From Ginkgo biloba (lineage: Eukaryota > Plantae > Ginkgophyta), in assembly GCA_024626585.2 (NCBI GenBank), contig JANKJI020000002.1, positions 83,329,145 through 83,346,869 on the forward strand: a DNA stretch of 17,725 nucleotides, in the 5' to 3' direction. The position numbers and the translations under genes are program-made. Positions 1 through 9,466 of this stretch are shown piece after piece. Numbering within the stretch: position 1 is the first letter of the stretch; every line of letters starts with the position of its first letter. A model generated the notes under the pieces. It worked only from the letters and a program-made list of their open reading frames with translations. It searched no databases and was not told the DNA's origin.

Positions 1-556
1 TGCATATGGGTATGTTAGATGTGTTAAGGTAATCTATTATCCATTATGTTTGATATCCTCCAACCGTATAAACATTTTCTCATTTCTCAGTAAACAGGTG
101 ATTAACTTGAACTATGTGCTATGTTAATCATCCTATTCATGGTGATATTTACATCTCTATTATTTTGATCAATCTGTTGAATAAATATTGTTTGTCTTTT
201 ATTTTTCTCTTAGCTTAGTATCTGATGCTTTCTTTTATGAAGCTGGGGATAGGGACTATTGTTGTATTTCAAGAATCTTAGTAGTAAGAATAGGTTGAGT
301 AATATGAGCCTGGACTTGTTCAGTGGTGTGAATTCTTTCATTTGAATATGTTGGATGTGCCTAGGCCATCTTTAATCCATTGTGCCTAATATTCTATGAC
401 TGTGTAATCCTTTTCTTGGTTCTTGAAAATAATCGATTAATTTGAATGTTAAGTTATGTTAATCATCCCTCTTGTAGTAGAATTTATGTTTCTTTCATGT
501 TCATCCATTTTTTGTACCCATATCACTAGTCATTTATTTCTTCTCGAAGACTTATT
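1..556. repeat. Diverged direct repeat, ~220 bp units (~1-220 and ~337-556), period 335-336 bp
   Basis: Collinear matches: tatgttagatgtg (11) / tatgttggatgtg (347); gattaacttgaa (100) / gattaatttgaa (435); atgttaatcatcc (121) / (456); gtcttttattttt / gtcatttatttct. The first unit may extend beyond the window start. Confidence 0.8.
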
Positions 557-718
557 AAGGATTTCCTGAGGTGTGTTTTGATTTGATTACATATTGTTTC
601 TCACTACTTTGGTTTCATGGTTATGTTGTCATTGATGATAGGTAGTGTTTTCTTTTTTGCCTTACCCTAATCTCCTTTTTATGTTTTTTAAAGATCTGAT
701 CACATAGTTAGGAGCCAT
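1..718 (-). pseudogene. Possible decayed ORF start (MAPNYVIRS...) containing the internal ~112-codon duplication
   Basis: ATG at 718 (-) in taATGGct context, read as MAPNYVIRSLKNIKRRLG. The two repeat units give similar peptides (VQKMDEHERNINSTTRGMINI vs IQQIDQNNRDVNITMNRMINI; DYTVIEY*AQWIKD vs VYTVGGYQT*WIID). Needs several stops and frameshifts; no family recognised. Confidence 0.3.
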
Positions 719-1212
719 TATGAATATCTAAGTTGATAGGATAAATCCACCTATAGGTTGAAAAATCACATCACTCACCTGGGCTACATGACTAGAGTTT
801 TTCGTACCTTGGGCTTTATTTCTAGCAAGAGTCCTAAAATGTGTGGGTGAAAACACCTGAATATCACCTTATTGAGGCCTGTGTATAATACCTAAAATAA
901 TAGTCTTCTCTCTCTATGTAAGAACAAAATATCTTTCTCTCATAGTTTTACAAATATATGATAGGCATGGGAGAATTGAAAGAGACTTTTAATTTAGAGA
1001 GAAAATTAATTGAGAAGAGAGGTACGTGCTAAAAATCAATCTAGTTGGTGGTCCCCTTCTGATTTATCAAGAGGTTTCATGTCTCAAGAAGATCTAATAA
1101 TATATTGGAATTNNNNNNNNNNNNNNNNNNNNNNNNNNNNNNNNNNNNNNNNNNNNNNNNNNNNNNNNNNNNNNNNNNNNNNNNNNNNNNNNNNNNNNNN
1201 NNNNNNNNNNNN

Positions 1213-1395
1213 TCACCAACATTGGAGACGAGTAGAGTTGTTCTATGGAAAGATCCTGGAAGGCAGGTCGAGAGTGGATTTGTGTTATGAGGTTGATCTA
1301 TATTGGACATATTATCTGACTTGAGTGGTTTACCGACGTTCGTCGATGACCGCTTGGTGTTTATTATCACTGCCACCACCCTACTTCCTATGTCA
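1213..1395 (+). repeat. 3' part of the 5' LTR of the Gypsy element
   Basis: Ends in canonical CA (tgtCA, 1394-1395) one base before the PBS. Its start is hidden in the 1113-1212 gap and no partner LTR is visible in the window. Confidence 0.65.
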
Positions 1396-1396
1396 G

Positions 1397-1408
1397 TGGT
1401 ATCAAAGT
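1397..1408 (+). promoter_or_regulatory. Primer-binding site for initiator tRNA-Met
   Basis: TGGTATCAAAGT vs consensus TGGTATCAGAGC (10/12), directly after LTR CA and ~55 bp before the gag ATG at 1463. Confidence 0.85.
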
Positions 1409-1462
1409 ATAGTATCAGTGTTAGAGTCTAAGGGAAGAAAACCTCTATAGCAGACCACTAGT

Positions 1463-2545
1463 ATGCAGAAAGTAGCCATCAAAATGTCACCTAAAAGAGC
1501 ATCTAGATTGAACGAAGCCCTCATGCGGATGATAGAAGCCTTGGTAAAAAGGGTCGACGATATTGGAGGCAATGTGGAAGATATTGGGGGTAAAGTTAAG
1601 GAGATTAGAACAAAGTTCATTAACTTAGAAACTCATAAACAAGATCATGCACTAGAGGCTGACCAAAGAGAACTAGTTGAAGAGGATCCTGTTCCACTAG
1701 AGACAGAAATTGAAGCCATGTGGGGTTGAGTGGTAAGAAGAATTAAGGGAAGAGTGAAAGTGGAAGTGTCTTATTTTGAGGGAAGTCTGAAACCTAATGA
1801 TTTACTACATTGGATCGGCGAGATGGAGAAGTTATTTGATTAGGAGGAAGTAAGTGACCCTTGGAGAGTTAAGTTTTCTTTAACTATGATGAGAGGGCAT
1901 GTTTCCTTATGGTGGGAGTGTTTTTAGAAAGATAGAGTGTAAAAGAATCCAAAAAATATTCAGACNNNNNNNNNNNNNNNNNNNNNNNNNNNNNNNNNNN
2001 NNNNNNNNNNNNNNNNNNNNNNNNNNNNNNNNNNNNNNNNNNNNNNNNNGCAAAGGGAGAAAAGTGTGTCAGAGTATACCGATGAGTTATTCAAGTTGTC
2101 AATTCGTTGTGGGCAAGATGAGAATGAAGAGAAAATGATTGCGAGGTATTTGAATGGCCTAAGCTATATTATTTAGGATAAACTAACGACACAATGCGTA
2201 GTAAATGTGGATGAGGCATATTATTTGGCCTTAAGGGTGGAGGAGAAGTTATCCCACTAAGAAAGGAAAAGAGATCATGTCAGAAGTGGTTATGTTGGGG
2301 GATGGAAGCATCAAAGAGGAGCTAGTCATTGGCAGGTTGAGAACTAGAGTGTGGCGACAGAGTCGCACCAACAGTATTCAGACAACTATCAATCGACCAG
2401 AGGAGGAGGAATTCATTATTCAGGCAGAGGATGAGGTCAGTTTCTATATAATTTTCATGGGAGGATCGATGGAGTGTAGTGTACCTTCCAACGGTTGGTG
2501 AAATATTTTAACTGTGGAGAAGATGGGCATATGTCATTTAACTAG
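1463..2545 (+). pseudogene. gag: Retrotransposon Gag (capsid region plus degenerate CCHC zinc knuckle)
   Basis: The frame of ORF 1463-1729 continues past the TGA: KVEVSYFEGSLKPNDLLHWIGEMEKLFD*EEVSDPWRVKFSLTMMRGHVSLWWE. After the 84-N gap it is still in frame: QREKSVSEYTDELFKLSIRC...IARYLNGL...VDEAYYLALRVEEKL. Knuckle YFNCGEDGHMSFN*P at 2504-2545 is CX2CX4HX4C with both outer Cys lost. Confidence 0.9.
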
Positions 2546-2848
2546 CCTACGAAGAGGAGTGGTGAAGCAAGACTAGAAGCATGACTCACCTAGTTATCCA
2601 TACTAGATCCAGACACACCATCAAAAAGTGTATTATTATCATCCAACAAGAAGAAAAAATCTGGCATTGACTTGGAAGAGCATCGATGGAGGAAAAAGAA
2701 ATGGCAGGTGAAGTTGGTGGATGATTGTCATCCCTCAATGAGTGGAAAAGGTGATAGAAGTCGGTACAACTTTCACTCAAAAATTGACGAAGGCTAGTAG
2801 AAGAGAATTTTTATAGTAAAGTGTATGTAGGGAGAGGAAAACATTAGT

Positions 2849-3310
2849 GTGATCATAGATGGAGGCAACTGCAAAAATATGGTGTCGGATGACTTGGTTA
2901 AGAAGGTAGAGTTACAGAAGCATCAGTTGAAGACATTGTATAGTATTTCTCGGTTTAAGAAAGGGGGAGAAATCACTGTCAGACATAGATGTCGAGTACC
3001 TATTCAGCTAGGTGGCTACCAAGACGAAGTCTGGTGTGATGTCATTCCTATGGACGCATGCCATGTTCTCCTTAGCAGACCATGGCAGTTTGACAGACAA
3101 GCCATTCACGATGGCAGACAGAACACCTACACTATTGTGAAGCATGGCCGACGACACATTTTCTGGCCGACGGGTGAGGATAAGGTAACACCAGTAGTCT
3201 TGTCGACCAAGCAGTTAATGAGAAATGTCAGGGTGATCAGATCATGCTTTATACTGATTGCTAGAGAGGCACAGGAGAAGGAATATATGGAGTGTCCAAG
3301 GGATATTTAG
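2849..3310 (+). pseudogene. pol: Retropepsin-like aspartic protease of the gag-pol polyprotein
   Basis: IIDGG catalytic motif (Asp codon at 2858) and WCDVIPMDACHVLLSRPWQFDR; same frame as gag. Confidence 0.92.
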
Positions 3311-3802
3311 AGGTTGTTAGCTGAATACACTGATGTGACTCTAGAGGAGTTGTTGATAGGTTTGTTGCTCAATAGAGAAATTGATCATCACATTAATTTA
3401 ATTATTAGATATAGTATACCAAACCATGAAGCATACAAGTTGATACTATAAGAGAATACAGAGGTAAACTGATAGGTTCAGAAGCTACTTGAGAAGGAGT
3501 TCATCAGGGAAATCTTAAGCCCATGTGCGACTCCAACATTATTAGAACCAAAGAAGGATGGTACATGGAAATTATGTGTGGATTCTATATCCATGAATCA
3601 CATCACTATCAAATACAGATTTCTCATGCTGCGTATGGATGATATCATGGACAACTTGTTAGGGGTAGTGTATTTCTCCAAGATAGATCTGAGAAGCAAT
3701 TACTACCAGATCTGCATCCAACAGGGTGATGAATGGAAGACTACATTCAAGACCAAAGAGGGGTTGTTCAAGTGGAGAGTCATGCCTTTTGGCATGACAT
3801 GT
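3311..3802 (+). pseudogene. pol: Reverse transcriptase N-terminal part, truncated by a gap before the YxDD motif
   Basis: Same frame: REIDHHINL...VQKLLEKEFIREILSPCATPTLLEPKKDGTWKLCVDSISMNHITIKYRFLMLRMDDIMDNLLGVVYFSKIDLRSNYYQICIQQGDEWKTTFKTKEGLFKWRVMPFGMT, typical Gypsy RT motifs with internal stops. Confidence 0.95.
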
Positions 3803-5152
3803 NNNNNNNNNNNNNNNNNNNNNNNNNNNNNNNNNNNNNNNNNNNNNNNNNNNNNNNNNNNNNNNNNNNNNNNNNNNNNNNNNNNNNNNNNNNNNNNNNN
3901 NNATAACATGTCAAATGTTTGAATATGATATGACTCTTGTTAACACCTTATTACATGCACTCATACAAATTTCAAGATTAGAGAGAAGTAAAATGTTCAT
4001 CAAGCCTTTTCATTTATAAGGATCATGTCACAACAAATAGCATGAGGAAATTATTTCATCATGGAAAAGACTCCAAATTTCATCGTTGATGAATTCATCT
4101 TTGAGTTTAGGCCGTCAAAATTGTATGGTCTCCATATTTCATTATGAAATACTCTGCTCTCGTTTGAAGAATCCAACATTGGGGTTCGCATATTCTAAAT
4201 TCGTATGGGTTTAGCAAGGGGATGAATATGCTATATAATTGGACCTTGCTCCTTCATAAACCACATGATACCCCTTAGACTTCATCNNNNNNNNNNNNNN
4301 NNNNNNNNNNNNNNNNNNNNNNNNNNNNNNNNNNNNNNNNNNNNNNNNNNNNNNNNNNNAGACCCTTCCTTCTTATTTAATCTTTATAATTCCACTCATG
4401 TCATCTTCCTTGCCATGCAAGAACCTAGTGACAAGAACAACATGACCCACTTAGAAGAAATAGGATTGGGACAAACCCACCCCACCACCGTAATCACCCA
4501 CATTTATCTTTCCAATTATATTCATTCCTTTCTTTCTTTCACATACAATCTTGAAGCATGGAGAATGTTGACCCATACCCTCTATACTATCCTTTGCCCA
4601 ACTTCATTATCCTACTTTGAACTTGATTGTTACTACCTCCACACCCTTTCGTTGGTTAATTCTAATTGCTTTATAGAAGATTTCACCAGTGTTCACAAGA
4701 TTTTTGGCACATTTTAAGGCATCCACATGGTACGGTCTTTAAATAATACACAATCCACAACATGGTTCATAGATATTAATGTACAAAGGAACAAGATCAA
4801 GGTGGATATGACAGTATGAGGAAAATATTTCCTCATAAATTTGAGATCCCCTAAAGTCATCATACTATTCCTATATTGGCAAGGGAGTAAAATCCAAGGT
4901 CAAGGAGTCCCTTTCTCCCTATTTTGATTATATTCGTATCTTCATCGGGGAATGAGTACCAAGCAAAGGTTAGGGATCCCATATTCCCTCTCTTAGGAAA
5001 AGAGTCATCTATGTGAAATTCCTTACTCAACTAGTGAATGCTATAATAAAGCAATACATGGGACATCCATCCCATCTTTATTCCCCCTTGTCTAACTAGG
5101 AAGGTGTTAGAAGGAGGGCCATCATCATGCTTCTTAATTTCTCTTACTAGCT

Positions 5153-5978
5153 NNNNNNNNNNNNNNNNNNNNNNNNNNNNNNNNNNNNNNNNNNNNNNNN
5201 NNNNNNNNNNNNNNNNNNNNNNNNNNNNNNNNNNNNNNNNNNNNNNNNNNNNNNNNNNNNNNNNNNNNNNNNNNNNNNNNNNNNNNNNNNNNNNNNNNNN
5301 NNNNNNNNNNNNNNNNNNNNNNNNNNNNNNNNNNNNNNNNNNNNNNNNNNNNNNNNNNNNNNNNNNNNNNNNNNNNNNNNNNNNNNNNNNNNNNNNNNNN
5401 NNNNNNNNNNNNNNNNNNNNNNNNNNNNNNNNNNNNNNNNNNNNNNNNNNNNNNNNNNNNNNNNNNNNNNNNNNNNNNNNNNNNNNNNNNNNNNNNNNNN
5501 NNNNNNNNNNNNNNNNNNNNNNNNNNNNNNNNNNNNNNNNNNNNNNNNNNNNNNNNNNNNNNNNNNNNNNNNNNNNNNNNNNNNNNNNNNNNNNNNNNNN
5601 NNNNNNNNNNNNNNNNNNNNNNNNNNNNNNNNNNNNNNNNNNNNNNNNNNNNNNNNNNNNNNNNNNNNNNNNNNNNNNNNNNNNNNNNNNNNNNNNNNNN
5701 NNNNNNNNNNNNNNNNNNNNNNNNNNNNNNNNNNNNNNNNNNNNNNNNNNNNNNNNNNNNNNNNNNNNNNNNNNNNNNNNNNNNNNNNNNNNNNNNNNNN
5801 NNNNNNNNNNNNNNNNNNNNNNNNNNNNNNNNNNNNNNNNNNNNNNNNNNNNNNNNNNNNNNNNNNNNNNNNNNNNNNNNNNNNNNNNNNNNNNNNNNNN
5901 NNNNNNNNNNNNNNNNNNNNNNNNNNNNNNNNNNNNNNNNNNNNNNNNNNNNNNNNNNNNNNNNNNNNNNNNNNNNNN
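5153..5978. other. Largest assembly gap (others at 1113, 1966, 3803, 4287, 9516, 11014, 12930, 14045, 14484, 15903)
   Basis: Runs of N seen directly; those starting at 1113, 3803, 9516, 12930 and 15903 are exactly 100 N. Confidence 0.99.
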
Positions 5979-6691
5979 AGCTCTAGATTGTTTAATAGAA
6001 GGGATCTTCGAGGTAGGGGATTCACTATTTCTTGGGTCCCTTATTTCTCCCTAATCCAACCATAGAGGGAATCAATAGCTAGGACTCCCTCAACTCCTAT
6101 TCATTTAGGAAGTGGCAAATTACAACAAAGTAAGGGAGATACATACTTCTTCTTGGCTCCCCTCCCACTCCTACACTCAATCAAGGAGTTAAATGTGAGC
6201 CAAGATAATGAACCAACCACCTGATAAAGTAATGATATGATAATGATAATTAATGGAAAAATAGAGGGAATGCGTAAAGTGTCTCTTCATATGCCTAGCT
6301 AGCAACTAAAAGCACAATTCATAATGGTCATATGGCAGTGAATCAATGGCACCAATCTTAAAGAACCTTTAATCCCCATAATTATCCCTTATTTTAAACA
6401 CTCATGTGTGCATCGTTCACCCCTAATGTGATGCCAAAAATCCTTCTTTATAGCTTAAAATATTCCCACTAATTAAGCTCTGCATATACTCTAAAATCAC
6501 TCTCACTTTTTTTGCATCTATGCCCTCACTTCACCAAATCTATCTAGCTCATTTAGAATGCTTTTATGATTTTTGTAAGAACCTATAATAAACCTAGTGT
6601 AATCCTACTCAGTTATTCCTGTGAAATCATGTATTATAAAAGAACAAAGTTGTGTTAACCATAATTCTAGCCAAGTAATATCCAGAACAAC

Positions 6692-9466
6692 ATGGCTGCC
6701 AGATCTATTTGGGTAAATATAGTTGAAGATTGTCTAGACTATTACGCCCATGAATGACAACTATTTTCCAAAGTAAATGAGAATATATAGCATAATATAG
6801 ATTATACATCACTGAAAAATCTATAATACTTGATTATGCATTGGCACCATTGCTATACCTCTCGTATCTTATGGTGATAGAAACTTTGTATCACTTTAAA
6901 TTATGAGCTTTTTTATTTCAAGATCATGTTGTTTCTCTCAATGGAGAATTGGTAGTTGGAATAATTATAGTACCCATGGAAGGTTTTATTGTTGACCTCA
7001 AGGAAGAGGAAAAATGAGTCAATAAATATTGGGTCATTTAGAAATAATACCCTGGTTGCGATAAGGAAGATGTTTGGAGCAAGTTAAATGGTTTCCATAT
7101 CAATCACATAGTTAATAAAGGAGCTAAATGGGATGCTCATATTATAGCCAGGTGATTGGATTATTGGGATGCTAATATGTATATGAGATTACACTAGGCC
7201 ATTATAACCATAAAAGTGGTTGTAGGTCATCTTTATGCTTGGTCCCCCTAGTTACCTGATAGACTTAAAGAATAATGTATTTCTTCTCAGATGGTGGGCC
7301 ACTCGTTTCTTATGTATTCTTTGATTATCATTATTTGCTTGGAATCTTTGGGAATTCCTGCATGGATTGAACCAACATCTTGGCCATGGTTGAATCTATA
7401 CATACATCTATAGATAAGTAAAGGTAAAGGGAAGGATAAAATTGTTATGGCTTATTATATTTAGGGAAAATATAATATGAAGGTAGATAAAAGAAGCAAA
7501 AATTATATGAGGTCGAAGGGCATAAGGCACAAGAAGAATGATGAAAGGACTCTAGCATCCTAAATTCTACCAATAATTCCAATAACCTAAAGTATACAAC
7601 CATATCTTCAACCCCCAACATCTCACAGGAAGTGGTAACTATAATTCCCTTATCTGTAATTTCGATAAGCATGGTTTCCCCCACTTTCATCAAACCTGTG
7701 GTCTGCCAAATCCCTTTGAATTAGTGGTGTTAGGTCCTTTCTTCGATAGACCATTCCATCAAATCCTACTCAAATATTATTCCACCTCCTACCCTACATA
7801 AGGTTAAGGAGAAAAGGAAGGGTCACTTTGTTCCTACTATATAAATCTTTCATGATGCCCTTACTATCGTCAGATTAATCATTAGCACAACCCAAGAACT
7901 AACAATAATGATAGAGGAGTTAGAGCTCGAGTTGGTCCTTCAAGTTAACTAGGCCCAAAAAGAGAATTATTATTTGAATGAGAAAGTTAATATATTATAA
8001 CATAAGATTAGTATGTTGGACATGTTGCGTTCAGAGTAACAATCCACCTTGGCTTCAGAAGTTTAATCTAACCTCCACTCTTATGTACATATCCTAAGAT
8101 ACCAAGTATCACTCGTGAAGGAAGCACCTCCACTTCATCCCGAAGTGCAAACTAGGCTAACCCATTTAGAATCACATGTTATAAGAAAAGGAGGAGGTTA
8201 TTAATGAGATGCACTATAAGGCAGAGAAAAAAGACAAAGAGATATCCAGTCATGTTGATGAGATATGAAAGTTGAAGTTTATCCTTGCTCATCTTATAAC
8301 TAATGTACAAAAGTAGTTTTCTTCAAAGAGAGACAATGTTAATAGACTTAAAGGGAAAATTATGATAAACATAGATAATTCTTTAAGCAAAGAATAATTG
8401 ACAGATTCCCAATTAACCAAGTTGGAGGAGTTGTACAACCAACTGGATACAAAAAGAGCATCCTTTAAAATGAGCTACCAAGAACTCTTAGGGATTATAG
8501 ATATGGAGAAATGAGAAAGAAAATAAGTGATATTGTACCATCATAAAAAATAAATAAGTTTCCTAGAATTCCAAGCTCTAACAAAAAGGGGGGATCATTT
8601 TAGAAAGTAATTGAAGGCCATTCAATTGGTATAACAAGTTCAAAACCTAGTTGATAGATCCAAGACCACTTTAGGAAACACACTATAATTCATTAGATTA
8701 TCTTAATAAAATATCAAGGAACTTATTTTGCCCATTGATTCTTTGATGTCCTTGGCCTAAGAGATGAGTCAGTTTAAGATGAAGTTGGATCATACAACTA
8801 ATGAGAAGAACATCACTCCTACAAGATAAACATATTTTACCCCTCTAGGATAATAAATAGGTGAAAGGATCTCAAGGAGCACAAAAATAGAGAATGCTTA
8901 AGTGCTTTAGGGTGATGCATCACTTCCTTTGGAGAATCAACTTCTAGGGACTAATAAAGGGAAGGTAACAATTATGTCCTCTAGTAAATTTAAAATTATC
9001 TTGGTTCACACTATGGATCAACCCAAAGAGCAAATTTTAGGAAGAAAAGAAGTAGAGATAGGAAAAATACTTGACACATTATACCTCCCTAGTGTTATCC
9101 ATATGAAAGTATTATCTTCTCCCATGCATCTAGGTCTAATCGAACACCTTCTTAAGGTCACAAAATCATTAGTGAATCTTGAGAAGAGTAGTACTATACC
9201 TACAAGGAGATCCCAAAATTTTAGCTACCACCTCTTCCTCAGAACCTCTATTGTTAACCTCATATAGTCTTATTAGATCTAGTATACCTGCCCATTTATA
9301 ATAGGAGTCATCGTTGGGAAAAACTAGTGATGTAGAGTGTTTTCTGATAGTTCCCTCAATTTTCCCTATAGACATAGTTACATCATCATCAACCTTGAAA
9401 GGAATAAGGAGCAGAAGGAAAGCTTCACTTTCTCTTTGAGCCCTTGCGAGGACAGATGTAAAATGA
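6692..9466 (+). pseudogene. Fossil ~900-codon ORF encoding a coiled-coil protein; probable retrotransposon accessory ORF (copy 1)
   Basis: ATG at 6692 in aacaacATGGct context. Long frames are interrupted mostly by TAA/TAG/TGA readable as Q/Q/R: DHVVSLNGELVVGIIIVPMEG, LDYWDANMYMRLH, KGKGK (7420-7434), Pro/Ser linker, heptad-like IEELELELVLQVN.AQKENYYLNEKVNIL, basic tail KGIRSRRK, TGA at 9464. The part from 8150 on is corroborated by copy 2; the 5' part is less certain and needs at least 2 frameshifts. Confidence 0.6.

Larger units (their letters stand above)
1213..3802 (+). mobile_element. Degenerate Ty3/Gypsy LTR retrotransposon, chromovirus CRM-like; both ends lie in N-gaps
   Basis: Order is LTR end (..TGTCA 1395), PBS, gag, zinc knuckle, protease, RT, which is the Gypsy domain order. 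Gag KVEVSYFEGSLKPNDLLHWIGEMEKLFD and protease IIDGGNCKNMVS...WCDVIPMDACHVLLSRPWQFDR resemble plant CRM-lineage motifs. Confidence 0.93.

Noticed and set aside
1020-1060. Minus-strand ...gatttttagcacgtacc resembling an Athila/Tat LTR 3' end
   Set aside because: No terminal CA and no TGGCGCC-type PBS follows.
4140-4270. YAI*LDLAPS resembling integrase C-terminal AYxLxLP
   Set aside because: Too short, with no GPY/F motif or supporting context.
5104-6054. Long ORFs in the track (316 aa, 292 aa and other X-rich ORFs)
   Set aside because: Artefacts of translating through N-gaps.
7060-7155. FHINHIVNKGAKWDAHIIAR resembling the end of a LINE RNase H (HVxRExNxxAHxLA)
   Set aside because: The upstream catalytic motifs (DG, EAE, ExD) are not recognisable and the frame continues into non-RNase H sequence on both sides.
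7445-7693. Minus-strand ORF with VVYFRLLELLVEFRMLESF, reminiscent of LINE ORF1 (VWVRLPxLPLEFW)
   Set aside because: Only one short motif with no convincing zinc knuckle or endonuclease downstream. It is better explained as the antisense shadow of the plus-strand fossil ORF, though not fully excluded.
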